A program made the position numbers and the translations under genes. 64,000 bases of DNA, taken from assembly GCA_964392775.1 (NCBI GenBank), contig CAYMRD010000006.1:61901-125900 (forward strand). Direction: 5' to 3'. Under the pieces are notes generated by a model, which made no database searches, was not told where the DNA came from, and saw only the letters and a program-made list of their open reading frames with translations. Position 1 is the stretch's first letter, and each line of letters opens with the position of its first letter. Positions 50,882 to 60,114 of this stretch are shown piece after piece. This DNA comes from an uncultured Bifidobacteriaceae bacterium (GTDB lineage: Bacteria; Bacteroidota; Bacteroidia; UKL13-3).

Positions 50882-51544
50882 GTGAACTATCTCTCACATT
50901 ATGTTGTTGATTGCCGTTCCGGCAATCCTTATTACAACACCGGTTTAATTTTACCGGATTTTGCAAAACAATGGATACCTAATTTTCGTACCTCCCCATT
51001 AAAACGTCTTTCTGTTGAACAAACACAATTGTTGGAGGGAGCACTTAAGCATTATCAAAGCGATAAAATCTTTCATGCCTCATCTTTCTTTAGCCATTAT
51101 CAGGAAATTGTAAATGGTAAACTTAAATCATTGCCATTTTCGGAGTTGCTTACGCGGAAGTGGTTTATTGGGCACGTACTCACCGAATTGCTAATTGACA
51201 GGTCTATTGTGCAGAATTTTCCGGAATTGACTGACGCTTTTTATGATAATTTGAATAAATCAGACTCGGTTGAGCTGGACGGGTTGTTTTCAGCCTTTGG
51301 TGTTCATGATTCAGCCCCGTTTTTGGATATTTTCAATCATTTCAGGCAGGTAAAGTATATTTATTATTACGCAGATAATAACAAGTTCTTATATTCGTTA
51401 AGTAGAATCATGATGCGGGTGGGGTTACCTGAAATGACAGAACCTGACCAACGATTGATGTTGAAAGGAATATTGGAAATTGAAGAGCAACTGCTTCCAA
51501 CAGGAGAGCAGTTACTGGAAGAACTTAAAAATGTTTTTGTGTAA
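50882..51544 (+). CDS. ACP phosphodiesterase-like (AcpH/DUF479) protein
   Basis: MNYLSH, PDF, H...D..FH and D pattern of the family. Confidence 0.7.
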   Translation: MNYLSHYVVDCRSGNPYYNTGLILPDFAKQWIPNFRTSPLKRLSVEQTQLLEGALKHYQSDKIFHASSFFSHYQEIVNGKLKSLPFSELLTRKWFIGHVLTELLIDRSIVQNFPELTDAFYDNLNKSDSVELDGLFSAFGVHDSAPFLDIFNHFRQVKYIYYYADNNKFLYSLSRIMMRVGLPEMTEPDQRLMLKGILEIEEQLLPTGEQLLEELKNVFV

Positions 51545-51547
51545 TAC

Positions 51548-52615
51548 ATGAAGAAGCTGCTTTGTATGGTGTTTGGAGTGTGGTGGTTCTCATCACAGGC
51601 TCAGATACTCAAATACAGTAATGAATTTTTATCTATTGGCGTAGGAGCAAGAGCTGCAGCTATGGGAAGTGCTGTTGTGTCAAGCACACAGGATGCAACA
51701 GCAGCCTATTGGAATCCGGCAGGTCTTATACATGTTCAGGATAATATTCAGGTTGCACTGATGCACAACGAGCAATTTGCCGGCATCGTAAAACTCGACT
51801 ACGGGACTGTTGCTTTTAAATACAATGAAAGCAGTGCTTTTGCGATTTCGATGATCCGCGTTGGGGTGGATGATATTCCCAATACATTAAATCTTTTTCA
51901 AAACGGACAGTTGGATTACTCCCGCGTTACCAGTTTTTCTTCTGTTGATTATGGTTTTCTCGGGTCGTATGCACGCAAAACCCAAATTGAAGGATTGGCA
52001 TTGGGTGGCAATGTTAAAATTATTCGCAGGGTGGTGGGCGAGTTTGCCAGTGCCTGGGGATTTGGTTTTGATTTAGGCGCTCAGTATACCTACCGTAAAT
52101 GGAATGTTGGTGCAAGTTTGCGGGATGTTACCACCACCTTTAATGTTTGGAGATACAGTTTTTCGGAGCAACAAAAGCAGGTGCTCCTGCAAACCGATAA
52201 TGCATTGCCATCTAATACACTTGAGTTGACGGCTCCTAAAATGATTCTGGGAGTTTCGCGGAAATGGTTGTTTTTTAAAGATCGGTTATCCGTATTGCCA
52301 GAGATCAATACCGAGTTGACTTTTGATGGCCGCAAGAACAACTGGATACAAAGTAAATATTTCAATGTGGATCCTCGTATTGGACTTGAATTGGGGTATC
52401 GGGATATTGTTTTCTTAAGATCCGGAATTATGAACTTCCAATCGGTTAAGCAATTTGACGGCTCTTATGAACTCTCTTACATGCCATCGGTGGGAGTTGG
52501 GCTCCAAATAAACAATCTAAGCATTGATTATGCGTTGTCAAACTTTGGCAGCACAACCGGTTTGCCTTATTCCAATATCATATCGTTGCGTTTAGGTATC
52601 AATAAAAAGGGGTAG
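51548..52615 (+). CDS. PorV/PorQ family outer-membrane protein
   Basis: EFLSIGVGARAAAMG...A.YWNPAGL plug motif and a beta-barrel. Confidence 0.85.
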   Translation: MKKLLCMVFGVWWFSSQAQILKYSNEFLSIGVGARAAAMGSAVVSSTQDATAAYWNPAGLIHVQDNIQVALMHNEQFAGIVKLDYGTVAFKYNESSAFAISMIRVGVDDIPNTLNLFQNGQLDYSRVTSFSSVDYGFLGSYARKTQIEGLALGGNVKIIRRVVGEFASAWGFGFDLGAQYTYRKWNVGASLRDVTTTFNVWRYSFSEQQKQVLLQTDNALPSNTLELTAPKMILGVSRKWLFFKDRLSVLPEINTELTFDGRKNNWIQSKYFNVDPRIGLELGYRDIVFLRSGIMNFQSVKQFDGSYELSYMPSVGVGLQINNLSIDYALSNFGSTTGLPYSNIISLRLGINKKG

Positions 52616-52672
52616 TTATAAGTTTTTATTCTCGGATAAGGCATGTACTTTTGGGGCATAAAATACCTTCAC

Positions 52673-53509
52673 ATGCGCTTACTTTTTTTCGCTCTGCTAT
52701 TGATGACTTCCACGATTGCACCGGCTCAATCCCGCAATAAGATTTCTTATGGCGTCAGCCTCAATCCGACTATTACATTTCCAATCAATACAACCAGTTC
52801 AAATAGTCCATTGCCAACTCAGCCAGGTCTAACTTTTAAGCAATATGCCGATTCGGTGAAGTCGTTTGAAACCTACAAACTTTCAGTTGGTGCAACAGTT
52901 TGGGTTAATTATTTATTGAATAAAAAATGGACATTGCAAACCGGTATCGGTTATAGTGAGGTTGGCTTTACACGCGAACAAAAAGACATTCAGCTGGGAG
53001 ATAAATTATATCCGGGGATTGGAGTTGGCTATGTAACTGATGCTACATCTGCATCAAGAAGTGCTGCGTACAGTTTTAAATATCAATACCTCACGGTTCC
53101 GGTTTTGTTTAATTATTATGCCAAGCGCAGTAGCGATTTTAAATGGTTGTATTATTTTACGGGTGGAGCCGGATTTAATGTATTGGTGAAACATCAGATG
53201 AAAGCTAAGATGAATGATTTTGTGGTGGATGGAGAAGATGTTTTTCATATAGATTCTACAGGTTATGAAGGCTCTCCTTTTACCGTAAACCTTTTTTTAG
53301 GAGGGCGGATTGAACACCGTATCAGCAAAGATTTACAATTGTTTTGTCAGCCGATGCTAACGGCTTTTCCATTGTCGGTATCTAAAACAGAAATGAAATC
53401 GTATCCGGTAGGATTGCAGGTCAATATAGGTTTAATCTATTCGTTGGATGCCGGCAAGGAGGAATTCAAAAAGAACAATTCATCAAAGGATGACACTCAC
53501 AAAGATTGA
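52673..53509 (+). CDS. Outer-membrane beta-barrel protein (PorT-like)
   Basis: Signal peptide, amphipathic strands, YQYLTVPVLF motif. Confidence 0.7.
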   Translation: MRLLFFALLLMTSTIAPAQSRNKISYGVSLNPTITFPINTTSSNSPLPTQPGLTFKQYADSVKSFETYKLSVGATVWVNYLLNKKWTLQTGIGYSEVGFTREQKDIQLGDKLYPGIGVGYVTDATSASRSAAYSFKYQYLTVPVLFNYYAKRSSDFKWLYYFTGGAGFNVLVKHQMKAKMNDFVVDGEDVFHIDSTGYEGSPFTVNLFLGGRIEHRISKDLQLFCQPMLTAFPLSVSKTEMKSYPVGLQVNIGLIYSLDAGKEEFKKNNSSKDDTHKD

Positions 53510-53945
53510 CCGGTTTAATATCCGTGTGTATGGATTGTTGGTGAATGAAGCAGGATCCGTACTGCTTTCAAAGGAGCGTATCGGTGATATTGAGTTCACC
53601 AAATTACCGGGAGGAGGTATGGAGTTTGGCGAAGGCGTAAAGGATTGTTTAATCCGGGAGTTTAAAGAGGAGATGGGAATTGATATCGAAGTTGGGGAAC
53701 ATTTTTATACAACCGATTTTTTTCAGCAAAGTGCCTTTCGGTCGACTGACCAGCTGATAAGCATTTATTACAAAGTAAAATCACTCTCACCGTTATCGGT
53801 TATTCCGATGGAGGAGTTCACTATTGAAAATGATGGACGGATGGAACAACAACAATTATTTTGGGTTCGTATTGCGGAGCTGAGTCCCGATGTTGTAACC
53901 TTTCCGATTGACAAGCTGGTGGTGGCAAAACTTCAGCGCAGCTGA
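53490..53945 (+). CDS. NUDIX hydrolase
   Basis: PGGGMEFGEGVKDCLIREFKEEMG Nudix box. Confidence 0.92.
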   Translation: MTLTKIDRFNIRVYGLLVNEAGSVLLSKERIGDIEFTKLPGGGMEFGEGVKDCLIREFKEEMGIDIEVGEHFYTTDFFQQSAFRSTDQLISIYYKVKSLSPLSVIPMEEFTIENDGRMEQQQLFWVRIAELSPDVVTFPIDKLVVAKLQRS

Positions 53946-54649
53946 CGTTTGTACAACTGTACGGTGTTTTCCATTCCGTAAATTAAGGCATCACATACCA
54001 GCGCATGTCCGATGCTCACTTCGAGCAATGCCGGAATATGCTGGGCAAAAAAATGTAAGTTTTCCAAACTAAGGTCGTGACCGGCATTGATGCCCAATCT
54101 CAACTCTTGTGCTTTTGTGGCTGCTTTGATAAAGGGAGCGATGGCCACCTGTTTATCTTTTGAATAGTTGTGCGCGTATTGTTCGGTATACAATTCAATA
54201 CGATTTGTTCCGGTTTCTTTGGCTCCTTCTACCATCCGTTCATCTGCATCCACAAAAATGGAGGTGCGTATTCCATGCGATTGAAACATGGCAATGGTAT
54301 CAATTAAGTAGGAGCGGTGTTTGATGGTGTCCCATCCATGGTCGGAAGTGAGTTGTCCAAGTGTATCGGGAACCAGTGTAACTTGTGCAGGTACTACTTC
54401 GAGAACGAGTTTAACAAAAGATGGTTCGAGTGGATTGCCTTCAATATTAAACTCTGTTGTTAATACATTTTTTAATTCACGCACATCATTGTACCGGATA
54501 TGTCTTTCATCCGGGCGTGGATGCACCGTGATACCATCTGCTCCCCAGCGTTCAATTTGTGTAGCCATTTGGATTACATCCGGATTGTTGCCACCCCGGG
54601 AGTTGCGCAACGTAGCTAATTTATTGATATTGACAGAGAGTTTGGTCAT
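53933..54649 (-). CDS. pdxJ: Pyridoxine 5'-phosphate synthase
   Basis: LSVNINKLATLRNSRG, ITVHPRPDERHI, NAGHDL and EVSIGHAL. Confidence 0.97.
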   Translation of the reverse strand: MTKLSVNINKLATLRNSRGGNNPDVIQMATQIERWGADGITVHPRPDERHIRYNDVRELKNVLTTEFNIEGNPLEPSFVKLVLEVVPAQVTLVPDTLGQLTSDHGWDTIKHRSYLIDTIAMFQSHGIRTSIFVDADERMVEGAKETGTNRIELYTEQYAHNYSKDKQVAIAPFIKAATKAQELRLGINAGHDLSLENLHFFAQHIPALLEVSIGHALVCDALIYGMENTVQLYKRQLR

Positions 54650-54676
54650 CGGTGAGTGTGATTACAACTGGCGAAA

Positions 54677-55402
54677 TTAGGGAACAATTTTGATATCAGT
54701 TTCATCGAGCAGGTTTTCCTTGCGGAAGCGCAGCATCAATTGCGCCACCGTGATGATGTCTTTCTGGCAATATTCTTTGATGCGTTCGAGGTCTTGTTCT
54801 TTCCAGTATACGTGACCTACCATGCTTCCGTCAATATCGTCTTTAGGTGTGGGGATATCGAATGCAGCAGCTAATAATTCAAGTGAGGTATAGGCTTTGT
54901 AGTCGCCAAACTTCCACAGCTCCATGGTATCAAGCAAGGTTACCTCCCATGGTTTTTTGCCTGCAATATTTAAGATGCGCGGAATATCTACTCCGTTAAT
55001 CAAACACCTGCGCGAGATATAAGGGTAGTCAAATTCTTTTCCGTTGTGGGCGCAGAGCAAATGGTCGGGTTCGTTGAAATGGCGTTCGAGCATTTGGGTG
55101 AATTCCTGTAGCAGCAGTTTTTCATCATCGCCATAAAACGACTTGATGCGAAACTGCCAGCTATTGCCACTGCGTGTAAAATGTCCGGCCGAAATACAAA
55201 TGACCTTGCCGAACTCGGCATAAATAGCGGCTTTTCCGTAAATCTCTTCGGGCGTGGAGTTTTCTCCTTTGTAATTAAGGACATTGGCTTTTTTGTTCCA
55301 CAAATGTTGCCAGCGTTCGTCCAGTTCGTTATAGGTTGCGTATTGAGATACGGTTTCAATATCGATAACCAGTACCCGGCTTAAGTCTAATTGTTCTAAC
55401 AT
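54677..55402 (-). CDS. Stand-alone PolB-like 3'-5' exonuclease
   Basis: DIET, HNGKEFD and YCQKD (DEDDy) motifs. Start set at ATG 55402. Confidence 0.88.
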   Translation of the reverse strand: MLEQLDLSRVLVIDIETVSQYATYNELDERWQHLWNKKANVLNYKGENSTPEEIYGKAAIYAEFGKVICISAGHFTRSGNSWQFRIKSFYGDDEKLLLQEFTQMLERHFNEPDHLLCAHNGKEFDYPYISRRCLINGVDIPRILNIAGKKPWEVTLLDTMELWKFGDYKAYTSLELLAAAFDIPTPKDDIDGSMVGHVYWKEQDLERIKEYCQKDIITVAQLMLRFRKENLLDETDIKIVP

Positions 55403-55485
55403 AATGGTGTAAGATTGTTTTACAGGCAACAGCAAATTAAAGACAGGCTATCGCAAAAACAAGGCTTATTCATACATTCGCAAAT

Positions 55486-56346
55486 GTGTTTCCCAAACAA
55501 CTCATTTCAGTCGTTGCCAATCAGCTTACTTCGCTTTATGATGCGGAAGAAGCCAATGCCATTGCAACGGAGCTGGTGTTGTTTTTCAGTGGATGTTCGA
55601 GAGCGGAGTTGTTGTTGAACAAAGAGGAAATGAAATCCGAGGTGTTGGAAAAGGTTCAAGCGGCCATTCCAAGATTGTTGGCACACGAGCCGTTGCAGTA
55701 TGTAATTGGTGAAGCATGGTTTTACGGATTGCCATTTAAAGTCAATCCACATGTTTTAATTCCACGTCCCGAAACAGAAGAGTTGGTAGAGAAGATTATC
55801 AACAAAATCACAAGTCACAAATCACAAATCACAATTCTCGACATTGGAACCGGCTCGGGTTGTATTCCAATCACCCTCAAAAAACATCTTCCACAGGCAC
55901 AGGTTTATGGATTGGATATATCACAAGAAGCGTTAGAGGTTGCTAATCACAATGCTCTATTAAATAAGGTAGAGGTCAATTTTGTGAAGGGTGACATTCT
56001 CAATTCTCAACTCTCACTTCTCACTTCTTCTTCATTCGATATTATTGTCAGCAATCCTCCCTATATAACCGATGCCGAAAAGCCGGAAATGGGAATGCAC
56101 GTTCTGGACTTTGAACCGCATACAGCATTGTTTGTTACAGATGGCAATCCGCTCCAATTTTATGAAGCCATTGCAGTGTTTGCGAGCAAGCGATTAAAAA
56201 AAGAAGGTCTTTTATTTGTGGAAATCAACAAACTCTATGGTCACGAAGTGAAGTATACCTTTGAAGTACACGGTTTTAAGCAGGTTGAGATTCATGCCGA
56301 TATGCACGGAAACGAGCGAATGGTAACAGGCGTGTTTGCCGGATAA
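55486..56346 (+). CDS. prmC: Release factor glutamine methyltransferase
   Basis: EPLQYVIG, LIPRPETEEL, LDIGTGSGCI and VSNPPYI. Confidence 0.96.
   Translation: MFPKQLISVVANQLTSLYDAEEANAIATELVLFFSGCSRAELLLNKEEMKSEVLEKVQAAIPRLLAHEPLQYVIGEAWFYGLPFKVNPHVLIPRPETEELVEKIINKITSHKSQITILDIGTGSGCIPITLKKHLPQAQVYGLDISQEALEVANHNALLNKVEVNFVKGDILNSQLSLLTSSSFDIIVSNPPYITDAEKPEMGMHVLDFEPHTALFVTDGNPLQFYEAIAVFASKRLKKEGLLFVEINKLYGHEVKYTFEVHGFKQVEIHADMHGNERMVTGVFAG
55806..56023 (+). repeat. Two heptamer tandem arrays inside prmC
   Basis: aatcaca-agtcaca-aatcaca-aatcaca (55806-55833) and attctca-attctca-actctca-cttctca (55996-56023). Confidence 0.8.
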
Positions 56347-56423
56347 AAGCACTTCAAACCATTTATCCTTAAGTGGTAATTTTTAGCGGCTAATTGCTTT
56401 TCTTTGAAGCCAAACTTTTAAAC

Positions 56424-59354
56424 ATGAAAAAATACATTTCTTTTATGGTGTTTGTGCTGGGCGCTGTTGTCGCGTTTGCACAGGCCCGCTACGAACAACA
56501 TACCTCTCCGGATGGTAAGTTTACCTATCAAACCGTTCCTGGTGATCCATTGGGTGTGCGCATTTACAAATTGCCAAATGGACTTACGGTGATGCTTTCG
56601 GTGAACAAAAGTGAACCAAGAATTCAAACCCTGATCGCAACCCGCGCGGGAAGCAAAAATGATCCGGCTGATAATACCGGTTTGGCACATTACCTCGAGC
56701 ACATGCTGTTTAAAGGAACCAATACTTATGGTACTAAAGACTGGGCTAAAGAAAAAGAGCAACTGGATAAAATTGATGCTTTGTATGAGCAATACAACAA
56801 AACCAAGGATGAAGCCAAACGTAAACAAATCTACCATCAAATAGACTCTGTTTCAGGTGTGGCTTCCAAATATGCCATTGCCAATGAGTACGATAAAATG
56901 TTATCTACGATTGGCGCTACCAGAACCAATGCTTTTACATCTTTAGAGCAAACAGTTTATGTTAATGATATTCCTCAAAATCAGGTTAACAACTGGCTGA
57001 CCATTGAAGCCGAACGTTTCCGCAATCCGGTATTACGTTTATTCCACACCGAACTGGAGGCTGTTTACGAAGAAAAAAATATTTCACTCGACAATGACCA
57101 GCGCAAAGTATTTGAAGCGATGATGACGAATTTGTTTACCAAACATGCTTACGGAACCCAAACAACTATTGGTACGGTTGAGCATTTGAAGAATCCTTCG
57201 TTGGTTAAGATCCGCAATTATTTTAATACCTATTATGTTCCGAACAATATGGCCATCATCATGGCCGGTGATCTGGATCCTGATAAAACCATTGCAGCGA
57301 TTGCTGAGCGTTTTGCCTATATGCAACCGAAGCCTGTTCCTCCTTACAACTTTGCTGCCGAGCCTGTGCGCAAAGCACCTGTTGAAGTGAATGTATATGG
57401 TCCGGCTGCCGAAAACCTGATGATGGCTTACCGCCTGCCGGGTGCACTGACCAAAGAAGCCCAATACCTTGTATTGTGTGATTATATGATGGCTAATGCA
57501 AAGGCCGGGTTTATTGATTTGAACCTGGTGCAAAAGCAAGCGGTATTGTCGGCCGGGTCTTCAACCTGGATCAACAAGGATTACAGCATCTATTTTATGA
57601 TGGGTAAACCTAAACAAGGTCAAACCCTTGAAGAGGTAAAAAGTTTATTGCTTTCACAGTTGAACCTGATCAAAACCGGAGCCTTTGATGACGCAACCCT
57701 GCAAGCGATTATCAACAATTTTAAGGTAGATCAGATTCGCAACAACGAAAGCAATGCAGGAAGAGCTTATAGTATGCTGGATGTTTTCACGGTGGGCAAC
57801 GAATGGAAAAATCAGGTTTCATTCCTGGATGATCTGTCGAAAATTACCAAAGAAGAACTGGTGGCTTTTGCCAACAAGTATTTTACCAATGATTATGTTG
57901 TGATTTATAAACGTGTGGGTGAAGATAAGAGCGTGGTGAAAGTTCCAAAACCGGAGATCACACCTGTGGATGTAAACCGCGATGATATGAGTCCGTTTGT
58001 GCGTGGTATCGTTGATGCGAAAGTAGAAAATATCAAGCCGGTGTTTATTGACTTTAACAAGGATATTCAATACCGTCAGGTAGGAAACGGAAATACTCTT
58101 TCGTATGTTCAGAACAGAGACAATGGATTGTTTTCGATGTATTATGTGTTGGATATGGGTAAATTCCATAACCTCAAATTGCCTACGGCTGTTAACCTGT
58201 TGCAATACTTAGGTACCGACAAATACACTGCCGAGCAGTTGAGCAAAGAGTTCTTTAAGCTGGCTTGCGACTTTAACGTATACAGCAGCGATGAGCAGGT
58301 ATATGTTTCATTAACAGGGTTGGATGAAAATTTTGAAGAGGCTACACGTTTATTCGAGCATGTGTTGGCCAATGCCAAACCGGATGATGCCGCTTTGCAA
58401 TCAATGGTAGAACGTACACTTAAAGGAAGAGCAGATGCTAAGCTGAGTAAACAGGCTGTGTTTGGAGCGTTACGTCAGTATACTATCTACGGAAAAAACA
58501 ATCCGGGAACCTATATGTTAACTGAGCAGCAATTGAAGTCACTTCAATCAGCCGAGTTGGTTGAGCTTGTAAAATCACTGACATCGTATCGCCATAAAAT
58601 TTATTATTATGGTCCACGTAGCACCGATAATATTGTTGCTTTCCTAACAGCAAACCACAAGATGGCGGATAAACCATTAGAGTATCCTAAGCCGGTAATC
58701 TTTACCCGCAATGAAACCACTTCTAACAAAGTATATTTTACCAACTATAAGATGGTACAAGCCGAGATTATGTGGATCAACCGCCAGTCGATGAAATACG
58801 ATACAACCATGCATGCCAGTGCATCCATGTTTAATGAGTATTTTGGAGGTGGTATGTCGAGTATTGTTTTCCAAACCATTCGCGAAAGCAAAGCGTTGGC
58901 GTATTCAACGTATTCGCGTTATCAGTTGCCGGGTAAAAAAGAAGACCCTATGTATGTTATTGCTTATATCGGAACCCAAGCCGATAAAATTAATGAAGCT
59001 GTTCCTGCCATGACAGAGTTGCTTACTCAAATGCCGGTAGCAGAGATGACTTTTAATGCGGCTAAAGAGTCGTTGAAAAGCCAGATTGAAACAGAACGCA
59101 TCAATAAAGAAGACATCATCTTTAGAGTTGAAAGCACTAAAAAATTAGGTCTGAACCACGATGTTCGCCAGGATGTTTACAATGCATTGGGATCTATGAG
59201 CATGGCGGATATTCAGCGTTTTTATGATGAGCATTACAAAGGCAAAACGTATTCGTATGCTATCATCGGATCGAAAGAGAAAGTGAAAACAGATGATTTG
59301 AAGAAAATCGGAACGCTTACTGAAGTAAGCTTAGAAGAGATTTTCGGATACTAA
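56424..59354 (+). CDS. M16 (insulinase/pitrilysin) family zinc peptidase, secreted
   Basis: HYLEHMLFKGT (HxxEH), NAFTS and ELEAVYEEK; signal peptide. Confidence 0.92.
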   Translation: MKKYISFMVFVLGAVVAFAQARYEQHTSPDGKFTYQTVPGDPLGVRIYKLPNGLTVMLSVNKSEPRIQTLIATRAGSKNDPADNTGLAHYLEHMLFKGTNTYGTKDWAKEKEQLDKIDALYEQYNKTKDEAKRKQIYHQIDSVSGVASKYAIANEYDKMLSTIGATRTNAFTSLEQTVYVNDIPQNQVNNWLTIEAERFRNPVLRLFHTELEAVYEEKNISLDNDQRKVFEAMMTNLFTKHAYGTQTTIGTVEHLKNPSLVKIRNYFNTYYVPNNMAIIMAGDLDPDKTIAAIAERFAYMQPKPVPPYNFAAEPVRKAPVEVNVYGPAAENLMMAYRLPGALTKEAQYLVLCDYMMANAKAGFIDLNLVQKQAVLSAGSSTWINKDYSIYFMMGKPKQGQTLEEVKSLLLSQLNLIKTGAFDDATLQAIINNFKVDQIRNNESNAGRAYSMLDVFTVGNEWKNQVSFLDDLSKITKEELVAFANKYFTNDYVVIYKRVGEDKSVVKVPKPEITPVDVNRDDMSPFVRGIVDAKVENIKPVFIDFNKDIQYRQVGNGNTLSYVQNRDNGLFSMYYVLDMGKFHNLKLPTAVNLLQYLGTDKYTAEQLSKEFFKLACDFNVYSSDEQVYVSLTGLDENFEEATRLFEHVLANAKPDDAALQSMVERTLKGRADAKLSKQAVFGALRQYTIYGKNNPGTYMLTEQQLKSLQSAELVELVKSLTSYRHKIYYYGPRSTDNIVAFLTANHKMADKPLEYPKPVIFTRNETTSNKVYFTNYKMVQAEIMWINRQSMKYDTTMHASASMFNEYFGGGMSSIVFQTIRESKALAYSTYSRYQLPGKKEDPMYVIAYIGTQADKINEAVPAMTELLTQMPVAEMTFNAAKESLKSQIETERINKEDIIFRVESTKKLGLNHDVRQDVYNALGSMSMADIQRFYDEHYKGKTYSYAIIGSKEKVKTDDLKKIGTLTEVSLEEIFGY

Positions 59355-59365
59355 GCAAAGTCGCT

Positions 59366-59412
59366 AACAGTGAACGGCCCGGCACGCATAGCGTGCCGGG
59401 CCGTTCACTGTT
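59366..59412. terminator. Perfect 22-bp inverted repeat between convergent genes
   Basis: aacagtgaacggcccggcacgc-ata-gcgtgccgggccgttcactgtt. Confidence 0.8.
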
Positions 59413-59520
59413 TTAAATGGTTTATGATATTGTTTCTTTCGCCTTCCCACACCCTTTCTCTAAAGGGTACCATCCACACATCGCCTTGGGGTTTTAGGGA
59501 TGGAGTAGGTGATATCTTAT

Positions 59521-60096
59521 TTATGATTTAGAATCGTAGTACGCTTCACCAATCGCTTCCAATTCTGCATACCAATCTTCTCCGTATTTGCGAATAAGGG
59601 CATCTTTCAAAAACTTAAATACCGGAACCTGATGTTCATCGCCCAAGGCGCAAGCCGGTTTGCAAACGTCCCAGCGATGGTAGTTGAGCGCTTCGTATTC
59701 CCCAACCTGTGCAACACGAATAGGATAGAGGTGACAGGAAACAGGTTTTCTAAAATTAGACTTTCCATCTTTCCATGCTTGCTCCATGCCACAACTTAAA
59801 ATGCCGTTTTCATAACGCGAGAAATTGCATTCCCCACTCGGTAAACAGGTGGTCACCAAATCGCCTTCGGGGTCGGTTTCCCAGCTTCCTTTTTCGTCAA
59901 TAGCTTTTAAGGAAGCCGGAGTAAGATAAGGTTTGATGGCCTCAAGGTTGCGTTCGATAGCTTCCAACTCGTCTTCATTCAGGGGTGCACCCTGATCGCC
60001 TTCCACGCAACAAGCACCTTTGCATTTGCTCAGGTTACAGATAAAGTTTTTGTCGAATAGGTCTTCGGATATAAGTGTGTTTTCGAGGATAATCAT
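59521..60096 (-). CDS. DUF3109 family cysteine-rich protein
   Basis: CNLSKCKGACCVEGD.GAPL, KPVSCHLYPIR and YHRWDVCKPAC. Confidence 0.9.
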   Translation of the reverse strand: MIILENTLISEDLFDKNFICNLSKCKGACCVEGDQGAPLNEDELEAIERNLEAIKPYLTPASLKAIDEKGSWETDPEGDLVTTCLPSGECNFSRYENGILSCGMEQAWKDGKSNFRKPVSCHLYPIRVAQVGEYEALNYHRWDVCKPACALGDEHQVPVFKFLKDALIRKYGEDWYAELEAIGEAYYDSKS

Positions 60097-60114
60097 GTGT
60101 GCAAATGGATGTAG

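Noticed and set aside
55415-55618. Small ORF spanning the exonuclease-prmC divergent junction
   Set aside because: It overlaps prmC out of frame and covers the promoter region; no support.
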